NCBI GenBank assembly: GCA_902610815.1 | Contig: CACLXG010000001.1 | Coordinates: 76,775-140,774 of the forward strand | Direction of reading: 5' to 3' | DNA length: 64,000 nt | Origin: an uncultured Candidatus Actinomarina sp. | GTDB lineage: Bacteria > Actinomycetota > Acidimicrobiia > Actinomarinales > Actinomarinaceae | Shown here: one piece after another, positions 1 through 9,635 of the stretch | Layout: each line of letters begins with the position of its first letter | Numbering within the stretch: the first letter of the stretch is position 1 | The notes under the pieces: model-generated | Seen by the model: the letters and a program-made list of their open reading frames with translations, nothing else | What the model was told of the DNA's origin: nothing | The model's database searches: none | Position numbers and translations under genes: made by a program

Positions 1-24
1 TAATTAAACTATTAAAATGATTAT

Positions 25-159
25 ATGATACGTTTACCAGAACTTTTAATTATTTTGACAATATTGCTTTTACTTTTTGGTGCAAAAAGACTTCCTGGAT
101 TGGCTAAATCATTGGGAAGATCTACAAAAGAATTTAAATCTGCACTTGAAGAAGAGTAA
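25..159 (+). CDS. tatA: Twin-arginine translocase subunit TatA/E (44 aa, not in ORF track)
   Basis: Manual translation MIRLPELLIILTILLLLFGAKRLPGLAKSLGRSTKEFKSALEEE; TM helix, FGxKRLP hinge and amphipathic helix typical of TatA; TAAAAT 6 nt upstream of ATG. Confidence 0.93.
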   Translation: MIRLPELLIILTILLLLFGAKRLPGLAKSLGRSTKEFKSALEEE

Positions 160-160
160 T

Positions 161-454
161 TTAAATAGAACCCTTTTAATAATTTTTGCAATGTTGTTTA
201 TTGCATGTTCATCAGATGTGGCTCAATCTTATACCACTGGTGAAGAAGTTTATGAAGCTAGATGTTCTTCTTGTCATGGTAGCGATTTTGAGGGTAGAGT
301 AGGTCCTGCTTTAGATGCGGCAAGTGAGTCCGCATCTATGCCAGATTCTTACTGGGTACAAACAATAACTAAAGGCAAAGGTTCAATGCCCGCTCAAAGG
401 CTAACTGACAATGAAGTAACAATGGTTATTGAGTATATTCGGTCTAATCACTAA
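161..454 (+). CDS. Small monoheme cytochrome c lipoprotein (start uncertain; first ATG at 191)
   Basis: CSSCH heme motif, distal Met in GSMPA, lipobox-like FIAC after a hydrophobic stretch; the ORF-track N-terminus (77-160) overlaps tatA and is probably not translated. Confidence 0.8.
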   Translation, partial: LNRTLLIIFAMLFIACSSDVAQSYTTGEEVYEARCSSCHGSDFEGRVGPALDAASESASMPDSYWVQTITKGKGSMPAQRLTDNEVTMVIEYIRSNH

Positions 455-1925
455 TTCTTTTATTTACTTTGTTTAACTCTTTTAGAACCTCTAAAGGTTT
501 TATTAAATCATCTAAATCCTGAATTCTCCATTTCCAATTACCTTCTTGAGTTCCCGGTAAATTAAATCTTGCTTCATGATCAAGTTCTAATAAATCTTGA
601 ATTGTTGTGATTGCTAGCTGACATGGAGATTCCCAGACAAGTGTTATAAAATTCCATACGTCAGAGTCAAATTGTGATTCAATATCTTTTTTATAATCGT
701 AAAAAAATTCAAGTTGTACAGCATCAACTTCATTCAACCATTGCTTGACCGTAGGACTATCATGAGTGCCTGTATATGCTGCAATGTTATAATCCCAATT
801 TTTTGGATGTACTTCATCATGTATTTTATTATTAGGGATTCTTTGTTGTAATACTTTCATGCCTGGGATTACATATTGTTCTAAAATGCTCGCAGTCTCT
901 TCAAGAACTACACCTAAATCCTCAGCTAATAATTTATTGAAATCAACCTCTTGAGACACAGTATTGAAAAAAGTCTCCCAAGGACCTTTCCTCCAATGGC
1001 CATTTAGAGCTGATTCAGCAAATGGTATGGCCCAAAATTGGAAAAAACCAATAAAGTGATCAATTCTTAAGTAATCATAATTTTGTAAATTGTAATTTAA
1101 TTTATCAATCCAATATTTGTATCCCTCATCTTTGTGGTTGTCCCATTGGTACAAAGCTGTATTCCACACTTGACCTTCTACTGTGAAGTCATCTGGAACT
1201 GCACCTGATACAAAGCTCATATTATTAGCATCGTCTAGATCAAAAAGATGTTTGTTTAGCCATACATCTGCAGAGTTGTGGTTCACATATATTGGAATAT
1301 CGCCAAGTATTTTAACATTATTTGAATTTGCGTAAGATTTTAGATTTTGTAATTGCTTATCAAACTCAAATTGTAAAAATAAGTTTTTTGTAAAGATATT
1401 TTTATATTCATGAAAGACCATATCAAACAAATCCTCTGAATAATTTTGATAATCTTCTGACCACTCACTCCATGAATTTTCAAAAACTTCACTTAACGTT
1501 AAAAAGGTTAGGTGTCTTTTTTTTAAATCGTTTTCTAAAAATTTTTGATATTCATTGTCGCTATCACTTACCCTTTCAGAGATAAGGTTAAAAATTGTAT
1601 CTTTGTTTTTGTATACAGCTTTGTAATTTACTTCACTACTGATTGGTAGTTTTATTTTGTCCAATTCGTTATCGTTATAAATTTGGTTCTTTAAGTTATC
1701 TAACGAAACTATGTAGGGGTTACCCAAAATAGATGACTTACTAGAGTAAGGAGAAAATTCTATATTGTCTGTAATTCCTAAAGGAAGGACTTGCCATATT
1801 TTAGTTCCTGATTGGCTGAGAAGGTCAATAAATTCATAGCTCTCTTTACCTAAATCTCCAATACCGTATTTACTTGGTAAAGATGTAGGATGTAAAATTA
1901 ATCCACTACTTTTATTTATATCCAT
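444..1925 (-). CDS. malQ: 4-alpha-glucanotransferase (amylomaltase, GH77)
   Basis: SGLILHPTSLP, WQVLPL, GDIPIYV, LRIDHF, AEDLG and YTGTHD motifs. Confidence 0.95.
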   Translation of the reverse strand: MDINKSSGLILHPTSLPSKYGIGDLGKESYEFIDLLSQSGTKIWQVLPLGITDNIEFSPYSSKSSILGNPYIVSLDNLKNQIYNDNELDKIKLPISSEVNYKAVYKNKDTIFNLISERVSDSDNEYQKFLENDLKKRHLTFLTLSEVFENSWSEWSEDYQNYSEDLFDMVFHEYKNIFTKNLFLQFEFDKQLQNLKSYANSNNVKILGDIPIYVNHNSADVWLNKHLFDLDDANNMSFVSGAVPDDFTVEGQVWNTALYQWDNHKDEGYKYWIDKLNYNLQNYDYLRIDHFIGFFQFWAIPFAESALNGHWRKGPWETFFNTVSQEVDFNKLLAEDLGVVLEETASILEQYVIPGMKVLQQRIPNNKIHDEVHPKNWDYNIAAYTGTHDSPTVKQWLNEVDAVQLEFFYDYKKDIESQFDSDVWNFITLVWESPCQLAITTIQDLLELDHEARFNLPGTQEGNWKWRIQDLDDLIKPLEVLKELNKVNKRISD

Positions 1926-1977
1926 ATGACTTTAAATATAGAGTATATAATGTCTATTTAATAGTAAATTAATTTTT

Positions 1978-3909
1978 ATGGTAGAAGAACATAGTCCAGA
2001 ATTTATAGATGCGGGTGAAAAGCAGAAGATCGATTTTTTCGATGGTGATGTTCATTTAGGTCATTACGATTTTAGATTTGATTTTAACGATAAAAAACAC
2101 TTTTCAATTTCGAGAGATGGCACTGGTCGAGTTAGAGTTCACTCTCAAAAAAATATTTCAAAACTTTGGATTCTATTGGAAGATGAAGATTTTAGACCAA
2201 TTGAACTTAGAAAATATGCCGAAACAGATAGGTTCATTTTTTGGGGCACTCAGGTACAGTTCAGATCATCAATAGCAAAATTTAGCTTCGCAGCTAGTAC
2301 TGATGAACAACTAAATCTTTACCTAGGCACAAGTGGTATAGCAAATTTCATATCACCTTCAGAAAAATGGATTTATGATTCTACTTCTTTCCAAAGACAT
2401 ACAATTCCCGACTGGGTATATGGAGGAGTAATGTACCAGATATTTCCCGATAGATTTGCAAATGGAGACAGTTCTATAAATCCAAAAAATACTGTTGAGT
2501 GGGGATCAATTCCTACAAGATTAGATTTTCAAGGTGGAGATTTATATGGGGTAATTCAAAAGCTTGACCACATCCAGTCTCTTGGAGTGAATATAATTTA
2601 TTTAAATCCAATCTTTTTATCATCTAGCACACATAAGTATGATGCATGGGATCATTTTAAAGTTGACCCAACCCTTGGGGGTGATGAGGCTTTAAAAGAA
2701 TTGATTGAATCTTGTCATGAAAGAAACATGAAAATAATCTTAGACTGTTCATTAAACCATGTTCACCCAAGACATTTTGCATTTCAAGATTTGGTTAAGA
2801 ATGGAGAAAAGTCAAAGTATAAGGATTGGTTTACAGTATTTGATTATCCTGTCAGGTTTATTCATAGACCACACTTATACTCAAATACTTACAAAGTAGG
2901 GTGGGATGGAAATCAAGAGGAGTATAAACAATATTTAGACAAAACGTTTGAAGAAACCATGGTACCAGTTGAAGTTAGGGAAGATGATGGCCCAATAGTT
3001 GAACCATCTTTTAAAGCTTGGTGGGGAGTTCCTGATATGCCTAAAGTAAATTTTGAATCTAGTGGAGCTAGAAAATGGGCTCTTGATGTCACAAAGCACT
3101 GGATTGAAAATTTTGATATTGATGGGTGGAGAATGGATGTCGCCAAAGAATTAGATTTCTCATTTTGGAAAGATTTTAGAGAAATCGCATATGAAACTAA
3201 AAAAGATGTACTGCTTATTTCTGAAATATTTGGAGATACTTCTCAGTGGCTTCAAGGAGATAGATTTGACGGTACCATGAATTACTCTTTTAGAGAAACT
3301 ATGACTGATTATTTTGCAACTAAAAGAATCAATAACAAAGAGTTTGCCGATTCGCTTGCTAATTTATATTCAATGTATTCTTTTGAAGCTCTTTCTTCAT
3401 GTCAGAATCTATTGAGTTCTCATGATGTAAAAAGATTTTTAAATCGATGTGGCAATAATCAGGATGGCATACTTGGCGCAATATTTTTACAAGCTACGTT
3501 TCCTGGCATAGCAGGTATTTATTATGGAGATGAAGTTGGGCTAGGGGGTGCTGATGATCCTTTCAATAGAGAACCATTTCCTTGGAGTAATGATGAATCG
3601 TGGAATGAAACAATTCTTGAATTTACAAAAACTATGATGAAAATCAAGAATGTTAATCCAATTTTAAAATACGGAAGATTTGAATTATTAGATTATAAAG
3701 AAGATGTTGTAATTTTTAGAAGAGTTTTACAGGACGAGTCATTTATTTGTATTGTTAATCGTGATAGATCTACTAATAACATCAGTATCTCTTCCAATGC
3801 ACATAGCATTGACGTTATTTATGGAGACTGTGAAGCAAATTTGGAAGATGGTCTTATCAAAGTCACTAAAATTTCAGGAGATATAGGCATAATTCTTCAC
3901 GAAAAATAG
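1978..3909 (+). CDS. GH13 alpha-glycosidase (neopullulanase/cyclomaltodextrinase-like)
   Basis: YQIFPDRFANGD, GGDLxG, DGWRMDVA (nucleophile), SEIF (acid/base), SHD and YYGDEVG motifs. Confidence 0.9.
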   Translation: MVEEHSPEFIDAGEKQKIDFFDGDVHLGHYDFRFDFNDKKHFSISRDGTGRVRVHSQKNISKLWILLEDEDFRPIELRKYAETDRFIFWGTQVQFRSSIAKFSFAASTDEQLNLYLGTSGIANFISPSEKWIYDSTSFQRHTIPDWVYGGVMYQIFPDRFANGDSSINPKNTVEWGSIPTRLDFQGGDLYGVIQKLDHIQSLGVNIIYLNPIFLSSSTHKYDAWDHFKVDPTLGGDEALKELIESCHERNMKIILDCSLNHVHPRHFAFQDLVKNGEKSKYKDWFTVFDYPVRFIHRPHLYSNTYKVGWDGNQEEYKQYLDKTFEETMVPVEVREDDGPIVEPSFKAWWGVPDMPKVNFESSGARKWALDVTKHWIENFDIDGWRMDVAKELDFSFWKDFREIAYETKKDVLLISEIFGDTSQWLQGDRFDGTMNYSFRETMTDYFATKRINNKEFADSLANLYSMYSFEALSSCQNLLSSHDVKRFLNRCGNNQDGILGAIFLQATFPGIAGIYYGDEVGLGGADDPFNREPFPWSNDESWNETILEFTKTMMKIKNVNPILKYGRFELLDYKEDVVIFRRVLQDESFICIVNRDRSTNNISISSNAHSIDVIYGDCEANLEDGLIKVTKISGDIGIILHEK

Positions 3910-4037
3910 ATATTGTGCACTTGTGTAAAGTTTTTTTAATTTAACTAGAAAAAATTCTATTTACACAATAAAGTTGTCATTGACATTCTTAAGGGAGTAT
4001 AAAAGAGTGGATATACGTATATACGAAAGGGAAGTAT

Positions 4038-5342
4038 ATGAAAACAAATAAATTACGATTTATCGTATTTTTATTGATGTTCTCTATGGTTGCTGTAGCT
4101 TGTGGAGGTGACGCTGCTGAAGAAACTTCAGAAGCACCAGAAACAACTGAAGCGCCACAGGAAACTCTTGCAGCCCCAGCTACAACTGCTCCGCCACCGG
4201 AGAAGTTGGTAATTTGGGCTGAAGAAAAAATTGCTGTTGCATTAGATCCATTAGTGGGTGCTTATGAAAGTGCAGCAGGAGTTGATATTGAAGTCGTAAT
4301 ATATGATTTTGGTGCAATTAAAAATGACGTACTTACTGCTGGACCAGCAGGTGAGGGACCAGACTTGTTCGTTGGACCGCATGACATGGTTGGCGAAGTA
4401 GTAGCAAATGGTGTTGTCGCACCAATCGATTTAGGATCAATTTCAGATGATATATTTGATGTTGGTATTGCTGGCTTTAGTTATGGAGGAGATGTTTATG
4501 GATTTCCATATGCAACTGAAGCTATCGCAATGTATTACAATGCAGACTTAATTGGTGGGGTTCCATCAACTTGGGAAGATGTAAAAGCAGCTTGTGATGA
4601 AGCTGGCACAGAGTTATGTGTTGGTGCTCCAGGCGGTGGTGGAGGCGGAGACGCTTATCATAACCACCCATTCTTTGCTTCTGATGGTGGATATATATTT
4701 AAGTTTGATGGTGGTTTCGACCCATCTGATGTAGGACTTGACAATGCATCTGCATTAGCATCTGCAGAATATCTTGACTCCTTAGTCAAAAATGGAACAG
4801 TAGCCTCTACAGATTATGGTGCATCTATGACAGCCTTCCAAGAAGGCCGTTCATTATTTTGGATGACTGGACCATGGGCACGAAATGATGCTGCTGCTGT
4901 CAATTATGGTGTTGGTTTAATACCAACATTTAATGGCAATCCTGCAACTCCATTCGTTGGTGTAAGAGGAATGTTTGTTTCAGCATTCAGTGAGAAGAAA
5001 GTTTTAGCTCAAAGCTTTATTTTAGATTTCTTCGCAACTGTTGAGGTACAAGCAGCCATGTATGCAGAAGACCCAAGGCTTCCAGCTACAAAATCTTTGT
5101 TTGCTGTAGTAGAAGCTGAAGATCCAATTGCAGCTGCATTTGCAGATAGTGCGTCAAACGGTATTCCTATGCCAAATATACCTGAAATGGGTAATGTATG
5201 GGGTCCTGTTGGCGATGCAATGTTAATAATTAGAGATCAAAACTATGGAACTAATGAAGATACAGGAGTAACTGTAAATTCAGCTTCTGACGCTATGAAA
5301 TTAGCTGCTCAGCAAGTAAGAGATGCCATAGCTGGTGGCTAA
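4038..5342 (+). CDS. malE: Maltose/maltodextrin ABC transporter substrate-binding lipoprotein
   Basis: Lipobox VACGG, Pro/Thr/Glu linker, GPDLFVGPHD, TGPW and PMPNIPEM motifs; next to malQ and GH13. Confidence 0.88.
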   Translation: MKTNKLRFIVFLLMFSMVAVACGGDAAEETSEAPETTEAPQETLAAPATTAPPPEKLVIWAEEKIAVALDPLVGAYESAAGVDIEVVIYDFGAIKNDVLTAGPAGEGPDLFVGPHDMVGEVVANGVVAPIDLGSISDDIFDVGIAGFSYGGDVYGFPYATEAIAMYYNADLIGGVPSTWEDVKAACDEAGTELCVGAPGGGGGGDAYHNHPFFASDGGYIFKFDGGFDPSDVGLDNASALASAEYLDSLVKNGTVASTDYGASMTAFQEGRSLFWMTGPWARNDAAAVNYGVGLIPTFNGNPATPFVGVRGMFVSAFSEKKVLAQSFILDFFATVEVQAAMYAEDPRLPATKSLFAVVEAEDPIAAAFADSASNGIPMPNIPEMGNVWGPVGDAMLIIRDQNYGTNEDTGVTVNSASDAMKLAAQQVRDAIAGG

Positions 5343-5359
5343 ATATTCACATATAATTT

Positions 5360-5393
5360 AAAAATCGGGGCTCTTAATGAGCCCCGATTTTTT
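5360..5393 (+). terminator. Stem-loop/intrinsic terminator between malE and malF
   Basis: AAAATCGGGGCTC-TTAAT-GAGCCCCGATTTT perfect inverted repeat with T-tract. Confidence 0.85.
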
Positions 5394-5410
5394 ATATGAT
5401 ATATTAAGTT

Positions 5411-7003
5411 ATGCAGTATTCGACTATATTTCGATATCTATTTTTAGGAATATTTAATGGTTTTGTAGTTTATTTAGTGCCATTAACTATTGCATTTGAA
5501 TCATGGTTTCTACTAATAATTACAACAATCATTACACTTCTTGTAAATTTTACATATGCGACAAATAGATTAAAACCACTTAAATGGATAACACCAGGAA
5601 TGATATTTCTTCTATCATTTGTAGTTTTCCCTGCGGCTTATAGTTTTTATGTTTCCTTTACAAATTGGTCAACAGGACATATTTTAACTAAACAACAAGC
5701 AATTGAGAGGCTAGAAGACCTGACATACACAAAAGACGATCAAAGAGGTATTGAATTTGATTTATATGTTTTACAAGATCAAAATTTGGAATATTATTTT
5801 CTTGCAGATCTTGATAATGAAAATTTATTATTCGGTAAAGCTGTTGAAGAAAATGAATTTAATGAAATTAACTTTGCTAATCATGAACCATCATTTAAAA
5901 ATCCTAATGGTGAAATTTTAATTCCAGATAATTTATATCTTTTATCTGGGAAAGAACAAATAGCTAATTCTTCTCAACTTCAAGAACTGTCACTCTTAGT
6001 AGATAAGAATACACGAATACAACTTTATAACATTTCAGTATTTGGAGCATCTAGTGGAAGGCTTTTATCAGCTCAACAAAAGTATTCATATAGTGCCGAA
6101 ACTGACACACTATATGACAATGTTAATGATTTAGCATGTACATTAGGAAATAGGGGAAATTTCATATGCAATGGTCAAACAATCGACCCAGGTTGGAGAA
6201 TTAATGTTGGTACTGAGAATTATCAGCGCATAGTAGATGATGAAAGATTTAGGGGGCCTCTGAGAATAGTAACTTTATGGACTTTTCAATTTGCTTTTTT
6301 TGCAGTTTTTTTAACTTTTTTTGTTGGCTTACTTTTAAGCGTCTCATTAAACAAAGATAATCTTAAATTTCAAAAAATTTATAGATCCATTTACATACTT
6401 CCATATGCTATTCCAGGTTTTATTTCAATTTTAGTTTTTAAAGGTCTATTTAATCCTGATTTTGGATTAGTCAATGATTGGTTTAGTCCTTTATATGAAT
6501 TACTTAATATTGAGCCTATAAATTGGTTTAGAACCAAAGAAAGTTCTAGGGCAGCAGTTTTGCTTGTGAATACTTGGCTTGGTTTTCCATATATGTTTCT
6601 TATTACTACAGGTGCACTTCAGTCAATACCAAAAGAACTACTTGAAGCTGCGAAAGTAGATGGTGCAACATCAAGGCAATCATTTTGGAAAATAACTTTC
6701 CCATTACTACTAGTCGCCATTTCACCATTACTTATTGGTGCATTTGCATACAATTTCAATAATTTTACGTTGATATTTTTGTTAACAAGTGGAGGCCCGC
6801 CTATAGTTGGGGCTGATGTTGCAGTTGGGTATACAGATATTTTAATTTCATTTACATATGACTTAGCTATTGCTGGTGGAAGAGGTTACCAATTTGGACT
6901 TGCAGCCAGTGTTACAACTATTATTTTTCTTATTGTTTTGCTTATTTCAGCAATATCATTTAGATACTCTAAAAGATTGGAGCGAGTTTATGGCAATTTA
7001 TAA
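5411..7003 (+). CDS. malF: Maltose ABC transporter permease MalF-like
   Basis: Multiple TM helices, large extracytoplasmic loop, EAAKVDGA motif, VNTWLGFPYM. Confidence 0.88.
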   Translation: MQYSTIFRYLFLGIFNGFVVYLVPLTIAFESWFLLIITTIITLLVNFTYATNRLKPLKWITPGMIFLLSFVVFPAAYSFYVSFTNWSTGHILTKQQAIERLEDLTYTKDDQRGIEFDLYVLQDQNLEYYFLADLDNENLLFGKAVEENEFNEINFANHEPSFKNPNGEILIPDNLYLLSGKEQIANSSQLQELSLLVDKNTRIQLYNISVFGASSGRLLSAQQKYSYSAETDTLYDNVNDLACTLGNRGNFICNGQTIDPGWRINVGTENYQRIVDDERFRGPLRIVTLWTFQFAFFAVFLTFFVGLLLSVSLNKDNLKFQKIYRSIYILPYAIPGFISILVFKGLFNPDFGLVNDWFSPLYELLNIEPINWFRTKESSRAAVLLVNTWLGFPYMFLITTGALQSIPKELLEAAKVDGATSRQSFWKITFPLLLVAISPLLIGAFAYNFNNFTLIFLLTSGGPPIVGADVAVGYTDILISFTYDLAIAGGRGYQFGLAASVTTIIFLIVLLISAISFRYSKRLERVYGNL

Positions 7004-7856
7004 GTTTACAAATTGGTTTAGAGAGTTTGGTTGGAGACATTTAGTTGGTTTGTTATTTGTAACAATATCTTTATATCCAATTTTATACGTATTCACTAAT
7101 TCATTTGCTGACTTTGCTAACTTACAAAACTCTAAACTTATTCCAGATACATTTACCACTAAACATTATCAAAGCCTTACTGGTGATCCACTAATTCCAT
7201 ACTTTAAATGGCTTTTTAATACTTATAAAATTGCTGGTATAGCAGGATTTTTAAATGTTCTTTTAGGGACATTTGCTGCTTATGCTTTTGCTCGATTAAA
7301 ATTTAAGGGCAGAAGAGTTGGATTAATTACTTTGGTTTTAGTCCAAATGTTTCCATCCTTTCTCGCATTCGTAGCTATTTATTTACTATTTTTCCAGATT
7401 GGAGATGTTGCTCCATTAATAGGCCTAGGTACTCATATTGGTTTAATAATGGTTTACTTAGGTGGCTCTATTGGTTTTAATTCATGGTTAATTAAAGGCT
7501 TTATGGACACTATTCCAACATCTTTGGATGAAGCTGCAAAAGTTGATGGAGCTACTGACTTTCAAATTTTTTATAAAATTGTAGCTCCCTTATCAAGACC
7601 AATAATCGTAGTACTTTTTGTTATTACGTTTATAGGCATTTACTCAGACTATATACTTGCAGCAATATTTCTGAAAGATGCAAATCTCTATACAGTTGCA
7701 CTTGGAATCAATATAGTATTTATGGATGACTTTGCTAATGAATGGGGAAGTATTGCCGCCGCTTCAGTGATTGCGGCAACACCAATAGCTGTATTATTCA
7801 TATTCTTCCAAAAACAGATTACAGGGGGATTAACTGCAGGGTCAATCAAAGGATGA
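6990..7856 (+). CDS. malG: Maltose ABC transporter permease MalG-like (start adjusted to ATG 6990)
   Basis: LVQMFP, LDEAAKVDGA, GGLTAGSIKG C-terminus; overlaps the malF stop. Confidence 0.88.
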   Translation: MAIYKFTNWFREFGWRHLVGLLFVTISLYPILYVFTNSFADFANLQNSKLIPDTFTTKHYQSLTGDPLIPYFKWLFNTYKIAGIAGFLNVLLGTFAAYAFARLKFKGRRVGLITLVLVQMFPSFLAFVAIYLLFFQIGDVAPLIGLGTHIGLIMVYLGGSIGFNSWLIKGFMDTIPTSLDEAAKVDGATDFQIFYKIVAPLSRPIIVVLFVITFIGIYSDYILAAIFLKDANLYTVALGINIVFMDDFANEWGSIAAASVIAATPIAVLFIFFQKQITGGLTAGSIKG

Positions 7857-8521
7857 CAAAAAAAGCCCTTTTTTTGGCAGGTGGTTGGGAAGGTCACGAA
7901 CCCCAGGAAACTTCAAAGTTTATTTCAAATGAAATAGAAAAATATGATATTGAAAGTGAAATTATTAATGATTTAGATATTTTAGGTGAGAAGAATAAAT
8001 TAGAAAAATACGACATCATTTTACCAGTGTGGACAATGGGAATAGTTGATGACGGAAATTGGGATTTAAAAAACTCAAAGATTGGCAATTTACAAGAAGT
8101 AATTTATTCAGGAGTTGGATTAGCAGGTTGGCATGGTGGAATGGGAGATGCTTTTAGAGATAATACAAATTATCAATTTCTTGTTGGTAGTCAATTTGTC
8201 TGTCATCCAGGAGATTTTGTTGACTATTCAGTAATAATCAAAGATAGTAAACATAAAATTACTAGAGGATTAGAAAATTTTAAAGTTCATTCAGAACAAT
8301 ATTTTTTACATTATGATCCTTCTGTCGAAATAGTTGCATCAACAAAATTTGATAATAAACATCACGAATGGATTGATGGAGTTGAAATGCCTATTGCATA
8401 TACAAAAAAATGGGGAAACGGCAGAATTTTCTATTGTTCAATTGGTCATTATTTAAAAGATTTTGAAAATTTAAATGTTGTAAAGTTGATATCTCAAGGC
8501 ATTAATTGGGCTGTTAGGTAA
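7853..8521 (+). CDS. ThuA-like (trehalose utilisation) domain protein (start adjusted to 7853)
   Basis: GGWEGHEP, GLAGWHGG, SEQY and WGNGRIFYCSIGH motifs; ATGA overlap with malG. Confidence 0.8.
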   Translation: MTKKALFLAGGWEGHEPQETSKFISNEIEKYDIESEIINDLDILGEKNKLEKYDIILPVWTMGIVDDGNWDLKNSKIGNLQEVIYSGVGLAGWHGGMGDAFRDNTNYQFLVGSQFVCHPGDFVDYSVIIKDSKHKITRGLENFKVHSEQYFLHYDPSVEIVASTKFDNKHHEWIDGVEMPIAYTKKWGNGRIFYCSIGHYLKDFENLNVVKLISQGINWAVR

Positions 8522-8523
8522 AC

Positions 8524-9570
8524 GTGAATATTGGAATAATTGGATGTGGTGCGATTTCAGGCCAATATATGATTGGATTCAGTAAATGCAAAGAAAATTT
8601 AAATGTTTTAGCTTGTGCTGATCAGGACTATGAAAAATCTAATTCTTTTGCAAAAGAACATAAAATCCTGAGCCTTTCGGTTGAAGATTTATTATTACAT
8701 AGCGAAATTGATATTGTTGTAAACTTAACACCTCCTTCCTCACATTTTGACATTTCCTATAAATCACTAAGAAATGGAAAGCATGTGTTTTCTGAAAAAC
8801 CAGTAGCTCTTTCAACAGATCAAGGTAAAAAATTATTAAATCAAATGAAATTAAATAATCTTTACTTGTATTCCGCACCCGATACTTTTCTAGGGCCAGC
8901 TTTTATAAAAGCAAAGGATCTAGTGTTTTCTGAAAAAATAGGAGAAATTATTGGTGGGTCAGTAAGCTTTGCAACACACGGTGTAGAAGGATGGCATCCA
9001 AATCCTGAATTTTATTATAAAAAAGGAGGAGGACCGTTGTATGATATGGGTCCTTATTACTTAACAGCACTTATAAAAATTCTTGGGCCGGTTGTTGAAG
9101 TTATTTCTTTTTCACAAAAAACTTTTGGTAATAGACAAGTTGATAATCCAAATATTAAATATAACAATATTGAAGTTGATGTAGATACACACTATATTGC
9201 GCTTTTGAAATTTCAATCTGGAGTTGTTGTCGATTTTCAAATTAGTTTTGATATATGGAAACCTTATGACCCTAAGTTGGAATTCTATGGCAAGATTTCA
9301 TCTATTAAATTTGCTGATCCAAATAATTATGATGGGGAAATTTCAATATTTAATAAAGAAAAATATGAGTGGGAGAATGTTTATTCTCCACCGAATAAAG
9401 ATAATAATTATTACAGAGGACTAGGGGTTATCCAAATGATAAAAGATATATCTGAAAATAATGTAAATAAAAATGATTTACTCATCCCGTTTCACGTTCT
9501 TGAAGTAATGAATGCAATAGATTCATATGATCAAGAAGGTAAATGGTCTATTTTAGAGCAACAATTTTGA
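8524..9570 (+). CDS. Gfo/Idh/MocA family NAD-dependent oxidoreductase
   Basis: IGIIGCGAIS, GKHVFSEKP and GGGPLYDMGPYY motifs. Confidence 0.9.
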   Translation: MNIGIIGCGAISGQYMIGFSKCKENLNVLACADQDYEKSNSFAKEHKILSLSVEDLLLHSEIDIVVNLTPPSSHFDISYKSLRNGKHVFSEKPVALSTDQGKKLLNQMKLNNLYLYSAPDTFLGPAFIKAKDLVFSEKIGEIIGGSVSFATHGVEGWHPNPEFYYKKGGGPLYDMGPYYLTALIKILGPVVEVISFSQKTFGNRQVDNPNIKYNNIEVDVDTHYIALLKFQSGVVVDFQISFDIWKPYDPKLEFYGKISSIKFADPNNYDGEISIFNKEKYEWENVYSPPNKDNNYYRGLGVIQMIKDISENNVNKNDLLIPFHVLEVMNAIDSYDQEGKWSILEQQF

Positions 9571-9635
9571 TATAAAATTAGAGAAATTTTACATATTTCA
9601 TTAAAATCTTAATTATTACTTTATAGGAGGAAATA

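Noticed and set aside
77-160. N-terminal extension of the 125-aa cytochrome c ORF
   Set aside because: It overlaps the clear tatA gene in another frame and has no protein-like features.
4116-4200. Imperfect repeats in the malE 5' region
   Set aside because: They encode an ordinary Glu/Thr/Ala/Pro lipoprotein linker rather than a DNA repeat element.
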